Shown here one piece after another: positions 12,139 through 22,571 of a stretch of 64,000 bases of DNA; position 1 is the stretch's first letter, and each line of letters begins with the position of its first letter. The notes below the pieces were generated by a model, which was given only the letters and a program-made list of their open reading frames with translations, did not search any database and was not told the DNA's origin. The DNA is from Macrostomum lignano (taxonomy: Eukaryota), in the NCBI GenBank assembly GCA_002269645.1, contig NIVC01002709.1, positions 124,001 through 188,000 on the forward strand, in the 5' to 3' direction. A program made the translations under genes and the position numbers.

Positions 12139-13434
12139 TCAAACTTTACTAGACGAGTTATTGATCATATTGACCTTGATCTTCCTCTCAAATGCATAGA
12201 TAATAAACAGATCAACAGCCGTTGCGGCACCAAATTCTTTCCGCTCGATATTAGTCACAATGTTAACAGGGCTATTGTCTGTAGGCATTTGTCTAGCAGT
12301 CACATCAACACCAAATACTGGATATAGTTTTTTATACTGCAAGGTTGTCAAAACAATACCGTTATTCTCTTTGATAGCCAAGTCCGACAGTTCATTGTAA
12401 AACTTACTAATCTTGTTCTCCGAGAAATTCCCATTTTGTGGCAATGCAGGGTATAAATTGTCACTGATCTCATGCTGAATCGATCGAATGTTTCCATGTA
12501 GATATCTACCTACATTAGTTGTATTCCTCATAGTGACAATAATGTACCTTGGATTGCTACAGGAGCCTTCTTTAATGCAAATATTGTGTCTTGCGTCATT
12601 CCGCTCATCTCTGCACATATAAGCTGTATAAGCAACATCAATGTCTTTCTCAATCGCCTTCAAGTATTCAGCTTTGAGTGCAGTCTTGGGCTCAATAATT
12701 TCTAAGTACAGCTCCACGCTAGTTAGCTTAATCTCCATCGATGTATGATTGGCCCCCGACCAAATTCCTCTGTTCCGATCATCTCTAGTCAGTCTAAATG
12801 TGTAGCTAAAGTTGCTTGTCAACCGATTGAAACTATTACAGAAACCACTCATAAACCTCAAAGGTACAAAAATATCTACAGACCTAAACAGCGGATTCTT
12901 AGCAGCATCGTTCTCACCAGCAAGAGCATAGTTGTATCTCTCCTTTCTCTTTTTGTAACCAGGGTCATTCTCATCTCCTGTCTGTTCATTGGGGATGAAT
13001 CCAGCACCGCTCCCCATCTGAATAAAATCCGGGTTCTCAATCAAGCACTGGGTATCATAGACCACACCAAAGTTTGCTATTCTTTCCAACTCTGTACTTC
13101 CATTGGACACATTAAACTCTTTGAACATATAAGCCCAGAAATTACTGGTTAGTGCGACATCCGCATTGTGTAGATCATCATTAGCATGAGCGGCGTCTGC
13201 GCCTCCTTTAGTTTTGAATTGAAACGTCATATAGAAGCCGCTCCTTAGACTGTGGACACTGACCAAAGACGAACATCCATTGTATGTAAATGTCAGTGTT
13301 TGGCCAGGACCGAGATTAGTTTCATTCTGATTTTCCTGACTGGGAACTCTTACCTGAGTCGCTTTGATTGTGCTATCATCACTCAAAATAGGCTTGTTAA
13401 TTTTGTAGAAAACTGGTGTCAGTGGGTCGTTCAT
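12139..13434 (-). CDS. Major capsid protein (hexon-like double jelly-roll)
   Basis: Intact 431 aa. Size, position beside the penton, N-terminal D.S...NL..G.TLTF, NPRYIIV and LYPVFGVDV fit Polinton MCPs. Confidence 0.8.
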   Translation of the reverse strand: MNDPLTPVFYKINKPILSDDSTIKATQVRVPSQENQNETNLGPGQTLTFTYNGCSSLVSVHSLRSGFYMTFQFKTKGGADAAHANDDLHNADVALTSNFWAYMFKEFNVSNGSTELERIANFGVVYDTQCLIENPDFIQMGSGAGFIPNEQTGDENDPGYKKRKERYNYALAGENDAAKNPLFRSVDIFVPLRFMSGFCNSFNRLTSNFSYTFRLTRDDRNRGIWSGANHTSMEIKLTSVELYLEIIEPKTALKAEYLKAIEKDIDVAYTAYMCRDERNDARHNICIKEGSCSNPRYIIVTMRNTTNVGRYLHGNIRSIQHEISDNLYPALPQNGNFSENKISKFYNELSDLAIKENNGIVLTTLQYKKLYPVFGVDVTARQMPTDNSPVNIVTNIERKEFGAATAVDLFIIYAFERKIKVNMINNSSSKV

Positions 13435-13464
13435 TTTTTAACTAAAAATAAAATAAAATAAGAA

Positions 13465-14712
13465 ATGAAGCGAAAAAGTACACAGCAGATATCTGAACTA
13501 GAAAAGCTGGCGCAGGCAGAAAAGAGAGTTACCAAGCTAATAAATAAGGAGCAACAATCCTACAATGAGTTTGTCCAAGCAGCCACAGAGTTTCATAAAC
13601 CCGGGTATGGAGAAGCTAAGAAAAATATTGATCAGGTCAAAGAAACTATCGACGACATACAGGAAACCCAGGTGCAAAAGGCTTTGGGAAAAATTCCAGA
13701 AGCACCACAGATACAACCGCAACGACAGATACAACCGCAACCACAACAATCACAACCACAACAATCACAACCACAACAGCAACTAAAAGTGACAGATAAC
13801 ATTTTTGGACCAGTAGAGCGTGTCGAACATGATGGGAAATATGTATTTGGAATAAGTATGTGGAGAAAAAACATTTATAATGAACCAGTGGAATATTATA
13901 TCGACATAAATAAGGAAAAGATTTCTGTTGTCAAAGGCTCAGAAGCTATGAAAATTCCTTTCACAGACGCCTTACTGACTTTTATGACCAAGAACCAAGA
14001 GAGAATCTCGGACAAGCAGCTAAAGAACTACAGAGATCTAGTGACTTTTTCTCTTGCTAGAGATATAGAAATACTAAAGGTCCCAGAAGTTCTGAAACAC
14101 ATGTACAATGGCGGTGTCAACCTGACTAAATTCAAAAAGTACAAGCACTTTAAACAATGGTTTGGTTTGCCAGATCAGGGGGAAGTCATTGATCAGATGA
14201 AATATCTAGAACAACAGCAACAGCAACCACAACAACAACAACGACCGCCACAACAGCAGCAACATTTCACAGAAGAACAAGTACTCAGTCAACTCGAGCA
14301 GTTAGACCCTTTGAAAGTAGCTGAATATAAGAAACAAAACCCAACAGACTGGCAACGCTTAGAACAACACTCTCCAGATCGAATGAATAGAATCAATCAA
14401 AGAGTTTTCACACCTCAACAAAGACAGGCACCACATGACAGTTCCATCTCTGAAAGTGAGCAGTCTTTTGCATCACCTCCCCAGCAGCTACAAGCCCAAC
14501 CAACTCCACAACCCCAAGACCAACCGCCCTCAACTGGAAAAGGAATTTCTGAAATCTACAAGCGGTTAGCTGTTCTTCTAGGAGCAGCAAAGACCGGAAT
14601 GAAAGATGAGAATAGAAAAGAGTTCGTTCACATCCTCAATAAAATGCTTGAGAGAAAATACATCGATAAGAGGGCGAGAGAGCTTCTGCTTTCGCGGTTC
14701 AACAAAAAATAA
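13465..14712 (+). CDS. Gln-rich conserved Polinton core-like protein (PZ-like)
   Basis: Intact 415 aa. Central FG...DGKYVFG...LKNYRDLV block and C-terminal GKG...RLAVLLGAAKTG...EFVHILNKMLERKYI recall a conserved Polinton protein. Family name from memory, unverified. Confidence 0.6.
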   Translation: MKRKSTQQISELEKLAQAEKRVTKLINKEQQSYNEFVQAATEFHKPGYGEAKKNIDQVKETIDDIQETQVQKALGKIPEAPQIQPQRQIQPQPQQSQPQQSQPQQQLKVTDNIFGPVERVEHDGKYVFGISMWRKNIYNEPVEYYIDINKEKISVVKGSEAMKIPFTDALLTFMTKNQERISDKQLKNYRDLVTFSLARDIEILKVPEVLKHMYNGGVNLTKFKKYKHFKQWFGLPDQGEVIDQMKYLEQQQQQPQQQQRPPQQQQHFTEEQVLSQLEQLDPLKVAEYKKQNPTDWQRLEQHSPDRMNRINQRVFTPQQRQAPHDSSISESEQSFASPPQQLQAQPTPQPQDQPPSTGKGISEIYKRLAVLLGAAKTGMKDENRKEFVHILNKMLERKYIDKRARELLLSRFNKK

Positions 14713-14728
14713 TTTTTTTCAAGTAAAA

Positions 14729-15118
14729 ATGCCTCTTATTTTCGAAAAAGACATTGACAAATACTATGACAAAGAGGAACTTAATCTCATTAAACGCGGA
14801 TCTGGACTTTTCCCTGCAGGCCACTATCCAAGAAAAGAACGCTCAGGGAACGGTCTTGCCGATTTGATCGCTCAGGGGGCCAAGATTTTTAAGGTCATTG
14901 GAGAGAACAAAGAGAACATCAAGAACGTTGCCGAAGCGGCTGGCAGTGTAGCCACAGCAGCCAAAAAGATAAAGGATACTGTAACACCTAAACAAGAGAT
15001 TCAACCTCCACTGGCCCCGCTGGCCCCGCTGGCCCCAAATCCAGACAGTGTGGACCCTGCAGTCTATGAGAAGATGAGAGCAAGCATTAAAAAAGGAAGT
15101 GGTTTCAAATTTGACTAA
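14729..15118 (+). CDS. Small virion core/membrane-lytic-like protein (129 aa) with GxG motifs
   Basis: AAAAATG start at 14729. Contains KRGSG, RSGNG and KKGSG; GNG is followed by amphipathic LADLIAQGAKIFKVI. Confidence 0.6.
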   Translation: MPLIFEKDIDKYYDKEELNLIKRGSGLFPAGHYPRKERSGNGLADLIAQGAKIFKVIGENKENIKNVAEAAGSVATAAKKIKDTVTPKQEIQPPLAPLAPLAPNPDSVDPAVYEKMRASIKKGSGFKFD

Positions 15119-15142
15119 AGGTACTTTCCGAGGGTACAAGAC

Positions 15143-15312
15143 TAGTCCCGAAATGACACATCTAAGTCCCAAAATGACACATTTAAGTCCCAAAATGACA
15201 CATCTAAGTCCCAAAATGACACATCTAAGTCCCAAAATAACACATCCAAGTCCCAAAATGACACATCTAAGTCCCAAAACGACACATTCAAGTCCCGAAA
15301 TGACACATCTAA
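15143..15312 (+). repeat. 21-bp tandem array (AGTCCCAAAATGACACATCTA, about 8 copies) in Polinton intergenic region
   Basis: Direct inspection. Confidence 0.95.
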
Positions 15313-15346
15313 ATGATTTATTATTTAATTTTTTTTCATAGAAAAA

Positions 15347-16157
15347 ATGGACTTTTCAAACGACTTCAATCCTCACTGGACGCGTAATCAGATTAAGTTT
15401 TCTCATCACGAGTCAATTCCGAGTCATTCAGATGCATTGTTGTTGGTTCATCAGGTTCAGGTAAAACATTCAGAGTCTTTAACATGCTTCTTAGACCTGG
15501 CTTTATCGACTATGACACTCTGCACATCTACTCTCCCACACTGTATCAAGATGAGTATAGAATGTTGATTGCAGGGTTTCAAAACAAGCTGAACAAAGAG
15601 GACATTATTGCATGTTTTAATAACCAAATGAGCCTTCCCAGTAACCCAGAAATTGTAGCTGCTGAATATTCAAAGCACCTCAAAGACAATGAAAAATGGC
15701 AGAACATTAAAGTGTTCACCTATGGAGATCCACAGGCTGATCCAAAGACCAAACTTCTACCCCAACCAGATGAGCTAGAAAAGGGGAGAAAGCATTTGAT
15801 CGTCTTTGATGATTGTATGACAGGCCCACAGAAGCAGATAGAAAACTATTTTACAAGAGGACGACATAACAATTGTAATGTAATTTACATTGCACAGAAC
15901 TGGTTCGAGCTCCCGAACAAAACAATTCGTGGGAACTGCAATCTGATTCTCCTGTTTCCAACCATTCCACAGACAGGTTAAAAAGATTTTACAATGAGGT
16001 CATTGCGCCTGCCTATTTCATAAATCCAACAAAAAACTCAAGCAGAAAGATTTCACAAGAGGAATTCGTTAATCTTTGCTATGACAAGTGGAATCAGCCT
16101 TACCAGTTTGTGATTATCAGCAAAGAAAAAAGAACTGTAATTAAAATTTGCTATTAA
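15347..16157 (+). CDS. A32/FtsK-like genome-packaging ATPase (two frameshifts)
   Basis: A shifted frame gives FRCIVVGSSGSGKT (Walker A), then KHLIVFDD (Walker B), FTRGRHNNCNVIYIAQ, IRGNCN, and FVNLCYDKWNQPYQF after a second shift near 15975. Confidence 0.92.
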
Positions 16158-16160
16158 AAG

Positions 16161-16904
16161 ATGTCAATAAACTTTGCAGGTGAATCCATTTCTGGCAACA
16201 GCGCTCTTACATCAGCTCAAATATCCATCCTTGACAGGCGATATATCAACAGCGACGAAGAGATCCCAGAGATCAAACTGAATAAAAACAGACTGAAACA
16301 ATTAGAGCGCTCCATGCACCAGTTGCAAATAAACATGGAAGATCTCAGGCTTAAAGTAGCCAGGCAGAAGTTTGAAAGTGATAAGCTTTATGTACAGGTT
16401 GTACACGCAACTAATGAACTAAGGTCAGAAATAACTTCGGCAGTCTCGCAAATCAACGGTTTAAGAACAAATTTAGCATCGACAATTAATCTTCTGAGAA
16501 ACTCCATTGATAGGCGGATGCGCATTCTTGAAGAAGGAGTTTTCACAAACACAGCTAAAGTGAATAATTTAGAAGAGTTCATGAACCAGTCAACAGCGTT
16601 GCATGATAGAATTAAAGAAAACGTCGCAACCAACACAGGTAAAGTGAGGAATTTAGAAGAGTTCATGACTCAGTCAACAGCGTTGCATGATCAAATCAAA
16701 GTAAGAATTACTGCAAATAAAGTCTTTGTAGATTTAGTTTTTACCGAATGGCAGAAATCGGTGAGAAGAATCGGTCGTCTTGAACGCTTGCATAATCTCA
16801 AAAACATTGACGCTGAAGAGGCACCACAGACCACAAGGGAAACAAGTGATCCAACCGACTTGTTTGAGATCATGCGTAGAATGAAGCTCACAGATAATGA
16901 ATAG
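16161..16904 (+). CDS. Coiled-coil protein (247 aa) with a 27-aa internal repeat; possible fibre/spike
   Basis: Intact ORF with heptad-like pattern. The repeat is NTAKVNNLEEFMNQSTALHDRIK / NTGKVRNLEEFMTQSTALHDQIK. Confidence 0.6.
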   Translation: MSINFAGESISGNSALTSAQISILDRRYINSDEEIPEIKLNKNRLKQLERSMHQLQINMEDLRLKVARQKFESDKLYVQVVHATNELRSEITSAVSQINGLRTNLASTINLLRNSIDRRMRILEEGVFTNTAKVNNLEEFMNQSTALHDRIKENVATNTGKVRNLEEFMTQSTALHDQIKVRITANKVFVDLVFTEWQKSVRRIGRLERLHNLKNIDAEEAPQTTRETSDPTDLFEIMRRMKLTDNE

Positions 16905-17013
16905 GCAGATTCAGAGACCTGTTGCCGTCACTGCAGACGAAGCAATCAACCGTAAAACAAATCTAACCACCACCAACTAGTTGCCGATTTTTTTTTAAAA
17001 AATTCCCAAAAAA

Positions 17014-17670
17014 ATGGATGCTCAAAATTCTCTTTATGATCCGAACGCTCCCACAACACCTAGTGCACCTAGTGCACCCCAATATGAGCAACAAAAACTC
17101 TACCCCGTCATTACTTGTAACTCTCAACAGTTTCGACTAGTGGAGATTCAAAAAATGCGCGATGATCTTGAAAAAAATATTTTCCACAACACAAAGAAAA
17201 TTAAGCGCTATGACAACCACTGTAAATTTTTCGACTACAGCAATATGATTCTAGGATCTGTGTCTGTTCTATCTGGATCTGCTGCAGCTGTCTCAGTGTT
17301 GCCAGTCATCACAGCCCCAATCGCAATCCCACTCGGCTCTGTGGGTGCTGCATGTGGACTTATTTCAGCAATTACTGGAGCAGTAGCGCGAAACAGGCGA
17401 AAAAAACTAAAGCAGCTACAGGAGAAGCAAGTAAAAGAGAAAGGGGTGCACACATCAATCATAGGGTACATTTCAAGGGCAATCGAGGATAAGTTCATTT
17501 CAGAGGATGAGTTCAAAACCATTCAGGATCTTTATGAACAATCAATTCGAATGAACTTGAACATGGTCGGTACTGATGACATGAGTCAGCTGAGAAATGA
17601 ACTCGAGAAAGTTTTTCAACATTATGCGGAAAGAAGGACAACGAGAAGTACAACGAGAAATGCACAATGA
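17014..17670 (+). CDS. Hydrophobic-hairpin membrane protein (218 aa) with tandem PSAP motifs
   Basis: PTTPSAPSAP...LYPV, then FRLVEI, a ~45-aa hydrophobic stretch, a basic cluster and ISEDEF. Confidence 0.7.
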   Translation: MDAQNSLYDPNAPTTPSAPSAPQYEQQKLYPVITCNSQQFRLVEIQKMRDDLEKNIFHNTKKIKRYDNHCKFFDYSNMILGSVSVLSGSAAAVSVLPVITAPIAIPLGSVGAACGLISAITGAVARNRRKKLKQLQEKQVKEKGVHTSIIGYISRAIEDKFISEDEFKTIQDLYEQSIRMNLNMVGTDDMSQLRNELEKVFQHYAERRTTRSTTRNAQ

Positions 17671-17674
17671 ACCC

Positions 17675-18076
17675 CTATGAAACACAGGTACGAATAATTT
17701 CCTTGTAGGTCTTTCGTGTTTTGGTCATTGCATACAAAACAGTCATGCACAGCTCACCGCAAATATCACTGCTAAGACCTTGAAGAATAAAGTCTGAGTG
17801 GTAAATTTTTGTATTATTTTTTCCCTTCATATAATTTCTTAGCTCTTCTGGTACTGCCGTCCCATAGCTATCGAAGTAATAACACTTGTGCTTGCGATCG
17901 GGATCAATCACCCAGCAAACCCAATGAGATCCTGGCTTATCGGTGGTGTCAAAGTTCATGATGCCGCATTCCTTTCTTAGAGGAAAATCAGGCAGAGTGT
18001 CCCTCATAAATATTCCTCTAAAGTTTGGGATTTCCAGTTCGTTAGCCAAATCTTCAAGAAAGTTATTTGTCGTCAT
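17675..18076 (-). CDS. Adenain-like cysteine (maturation) protease
   Basis: Intact. Catalytic motifs GSHWV (His), YFDSYG (Asp), ILQ (oxyanion Gln) and ICGELC (Cys). Confidence 0.95.
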   Translation of the reverse strand: MTTNNFLEDLANELEIPNFRGIFMRDTLPDFPLRKECGIMNFDTTDKPGSHWVCWVIDPDRKHKCYYFDSYGTAVPEELRNYMKGKNNTKIYHSDFILQGLSSDICGELCMTVLYAMTKTRKTYKEIIRTCVS

Positions 18077-18181
18077 TTTTATGTCATTTTTTTATGAGGT
18101 TTATTAAACTTTCTCTCAAACCTAAACCCAATATCCACCTCCTAAACCTAACCTCCAGTGCCCGAATCTAACCTCCACCTC

Positions 18182-21100
18182 CTAAACCCAACCTCCTAAA
18201 CCTAATCTCCAGTGCCCGAACGGTAGACTGTTAATATTGTCATCAAAAATGAATCTCTTGTTATCTGCACCTGACAGTCCAATCTTCTTTTGCTGAATTG
18301 TGTGAATAAAATGGTTTTTAGATTGTAGCTTTGAGAACTCATGTGATGTCTTTTTGTTGCAATTCAAGGCGTCTCTGTATTCAGCTTCATTAATTTCCTT
18401 CCTAACCACACGTTTCGGAATTCCCTTTGATTTTTTAATTGGGTCTGACGACTCACATTTTACAAAATAGGACTTTGCTCTCAACCCAATGAATTCAGTG
18501 ATTATGTCACCAGCAATCTCGTCCTTCATTTTCCCAATCACTTTCTTGTTAGTGGCGTCAAACACTTGATCACCATTCAGCGTCCTGCAAGATTCATCAT
18601 ACTCAGACAAGTCAAACAACTCTTTTTGCTGCAGCATGTCCTGATAAATGTCTTCTGTTTGAATGTCCATAATAAAACTGTCTGTGTCAGTGTACAAGAG
18701 TTTCATTTTATCCTTGTACTGCTGCTTCATGCCATAGAAGAACTGGTACATCAACGTTTTGATTCGTCGAGAACAGTGACACCTGTATAGATCGGCTTGC
18801 GCAGCGTCACCTTGGTTTTGTAAAATATGATCACACCTAAGTAGCTATTAAAGATATGGAGTTCTTTGAATGTTGGCTTTGACATATTTGCCTGAATAAC
18901 AGCAGGCTCTGATGAGGTAACAAGTTTCAGGTTTGTTCTTTTCCGCTCATTCTCAAGAGTCTTGCCATAGACAGAGTTGTTGGCTAACTTAAAGAGGTTC
19001 TTGTCAAAGTCGTTGGTTGCTTTGGTCCTAAACTGGGTGTTCTTATCAATGTAGGGTTTCATCCACGCTTCCTCTGTAAATGTAAGAGCCCGGTGAACTT
19101 TGGTGACCCTGCAACCAAGTGAGATAAAATATTGAAGCAGTTTGTAATGGATTTTGTAACGTGTCTTGTTGTTTAGATTCTGTGTTAGTTTCTCTGTATG
19201 TTCTTTTTCTGTTCCTGACAGGTGCCAAGTTCCATTATTATCATTGGGAGTTTCGATTATTTTCGGGCACTTGATGTTCTCTGGGAAGGGTGGAAAGTCA
19301 GAGAAATAGTCGTGAAGCTCTGGTGGAATGTAAACATCAACCTCATAAATGGCAGCCAATGAAAAGTCCCATTTGAATTCTGATGAGGGTAGCCATCGAA
19401 AATCTCTAACTGGAAGATCTTGACTCATCGCCCACCCGTAGAGATTATTAGCGTCCAAGTAAGTAATGTAGTTTGAGGGCTGCTCCTTATTGTAAGATTC
19501 AATGTAGGGATTGTTTGCTTTTGCATACCTGTTAACGCAAATTGAGATCCCCCCTCGCTTTGACGATTCGACAAAATTGTACATGTCAATGTCTGTAAGA
19601 AGTTCAATGTACCAATCTGGATCTTGATCCCATTTCATTTTAAGCAAAGATTCCCAGCTAGTGGCAGGCAGAGACACATAATGTGCTGGATCGAGGCCAT
19701 ATGCTGTGTACCAGGTGTCTCTGAAGGTTTCAAACACATCAGCCAGCAGAAACACATCTGTGTAGAGGTAAAGCAGGTGATACTGGAAGAAGTTTTGACA
19801 ATTAAAGTAATTATAGACATGCTTTGCGTGCTCATAGTCTTTGTCAGAGATTCCAGAGTCTGTTAGCTTTGAAAAGAACTTTTCTTGTGGTGGTAAACCA
19901 TCTTCAAATACGTGATACCCAGAAATATTTTCATAGGGGTAGAAGCCTTTGGTTCTCAGGAGTTTAAATGATTCATCACTGTTGTTAATTTTACTTGCAA
20001 ACATCTTTGTATATGTACATTGTTCATCTTTTAGATTCTTGCTTAGTTCGTCTAGACTGGCAGCTAGAAATTGATATGAATCCTTCAGTCTTATTTTACC
20101 TGTAATTGAATTATCCTGTTTAATATCAACACACTTAAACTTCTCCTTGTTCTCTGCGATGCAATCAAGGTGTATGTCTGGAATCATGCCGATTTTTTCA
20201 ACTATTAAATGCATGTCATAATTCTTTGCGTTGTGACAAAATATCGTTAGATCATGAATGTTCGATTTTAGCTTTAGATTACAGGTGTTATGCGCTGCAC
20301 CTCTAAATTTCCCAGTATAGTGGCAGTGGTCTCTAACGGTCGGGTTTTTAATATTAGTGCAAGTTAACTGTTTCCTGCAGATGTGGCAATGAGTTGCTAA
20401 TAAGAAATTGCTTTCATCCTCCTCAGTCATCATTATTGGAACAGGTTGAAGGGTGCTAATTACTCTTTGCAACTCTAACATTCTGGCAATAAACTGCTCC
20501 ACACACTGTCTCCAAAGAAATAATTAGACTCAACAAGTCCTTTTGTATTAATAAAGGCATATGCTACTGAATTGGGGACATGTTTTTTGAGTTTCTGGCA
20601 TGATTGAGCATTCGAAATCAGCATATACAACAAATGGGAGCTTCTCCATCTTGTGATAGTTCTTAAACCGGAGATACTTCTCTTCAGCTGAAGGAAGAGA
20701 GCAGTTTGTTGGGTGATCCTCGCATGATAATTCATGCTCTGTTAGTTTTTCAAAGCGTTCAGGTCCACTGTAATGCTTAAGGCACAAGCGGCAGATGGCA
20801 ACAGCCTCGTGATGATTATTCAACTGCTTGTGAATGAGTCTTGAAAGATCTTTAATCCAAACATAGTGAGCCTCCTCTAGTAAATTACCAATCACTAGAA
20901 GATCCACTTCAGTCCGCCTTTTCCCCTCAGGATCTAAAACGTCTTTGCTACATCTGACCGGTTGAACTTTCTCAGTTTTTTCACTCCACTCAAAGACTGT
21001 GATTCTAATTTTGTTATTAAACACTTCTTCTAGCTTTGGGATTGAGAGATCGCCAAGCCTCCTTTGTCAAACCTGATTCCCTTCTTTTCGCATTCGATGA

Positions 21101-21995
21101 GATAGTAGTTGAAATAATTTTGATAATTTGAGGTTCTTTCGGGGTGGTGAGGGACACTATCATAAAGAAGTGCAGAAAGAACTGCCCATAGAGCACAGCA
21201 ATTGTCTTTATTTTTAACATTTATGCAAGCTTTTTTGCCGGCTAGCTTGTGTGGGAGCTCTATATAAGAGGAGGCTTTAAGTGGGTCATATTTCATGACC
21301 ATGACAGTCGCTCTTTGAATCCCTCCACGACCCATCCGGAACCTCTGGATGTAAACGCTTCAATTTTCTTATTGACATCTTGAAGGAAAGGATCCAGTGT
21401 GTCTGTGGGGTGAATGGCTTTGCCTTTGTTGTCATGTAATACTCGAGATGCTCAGTGGGTTTTGCAGGCATATAAAACGCAATCTTGAATGATATCTGTA
21501 GTTTAAAGGTCTTGCGTGTTTTGAGTGTGTGATCAACAACTGATTGGATGCTGTCTTTATAGTCGTAGATGTTTGCGGTGGTATCCTTAATTGGGATTGT
21601 GTACTCTATGTAATGTTCTGTAAACTTCCTCTGTGCAAAATTAATCTCTTCAATGGCAAGCTCCGACTCTTTTAAATGGATTAATTGCTCTAATTTCTCT
21701 TGTTCCTGCTTATTTTGTGGGTACTTTGCTTTTTCACCAGTGAGAGTTTCGTATTTGTTAACTAAGTTGCGACTCCTCTCTTGGTGTTCCTTTGCAGGAT
21801 TTTGTATAGGCGCATACTGGTTGGATTCTAATTGATTGATGATTTCCAACTGTTTTTCATAGCTTCCCAGGTGACCAGGGTCGGTGTTAAACTTTTGTTT
21901 ACATGCTTCTCTTAGTAAATTACTTTTGTCTTGAAATGAGACGCCTTTTGAAAATATTTGTTGACTAAATCTTTTGCTGGATTAGCTTTTGGCAT
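18182..21995 (-). CDS. polB: Protein-primed family B DNA polymerase (several frameshifts)
   Basis: Exonuclease motifs YADFEC, HNAKNYD, LKDSY, YLYTDVFLL. Polymerase motifs YLDANNLYGWAMS, KLANNSVYGK, LYTDTDS, GKMKDE, KSKG. Start MPKANP at 21995. Confidence 0.97.
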
Positions 21996-22229
21996 TTTTT
22001 CTCTAAAATAAAAAAAATTTTGAGGGTGACCACCCTGATAGAAAAGTTGAACTGTTTCTACATCCTATAAGTAGCGTTAGGTTTATGAAGCTGGATAAAG
22101 TGGGGTTTTAAACCTCATCACATGCGCATTATTGTAAACCCAGCATTGTGCAGTGTCATGATGCTTTGACAATGTCAGACTTGCTTACAGAATTTTCATG
22201 CTCACAATCATCATCATCACAATCACGCA

Positions 22230-22571
22230 GGGCAGCCCTCTCCTGCCTTAATTGTTATACCTTTGTCTCTTGCAATCTTTTGCAATTCTAGCTGGTGGGC
22301 TCTATCATTACCAGCTTTAACAGCAGTTGCTACACCTCCAGCTACACCACCTGCGGCACTTACAGCGCCTGCAATGATGGATAAGAGCTGCTAATGGTAG
22401 GATTCCTCCTGACTTTTCATCTGTGATGCTGTGTCTTTGCTCATTACACTGAACTATTTGCTGCGTGGGATCGATTTTTACTTTGACACCTTTAATTGAT
22501 ATAAGACCTGGTTTCTTTGATTCAATGATTTTATTGAGTTTATTGATGGTTCTGGTTTCAATCTTTGTCAT
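22230..22571 (-). CDS. Adenovirus pX/mu-like core protein (frameshifted)
   Basis: After one frameshift it reads KSGG|ILPLAALI(P)IIAGAVSAAGGVAGGVATAVKAG, similar to the adenoviral pX tail GG|ILPLLIPLIAAAIGA. Confidence 0.7.

Noticed and set aside
14606-14728. N-terminal extension of the 170-aa ORF in the track
   Set aside because: It overlaps the upstream gene in another frame; the AAAAATG at 14729 is the better start.
15143-15312. ORFs 15099-15341 (+) and 14843-15277 (-)
   Set aside because: They are translations of the 21-bp array with no independent coding evidence.
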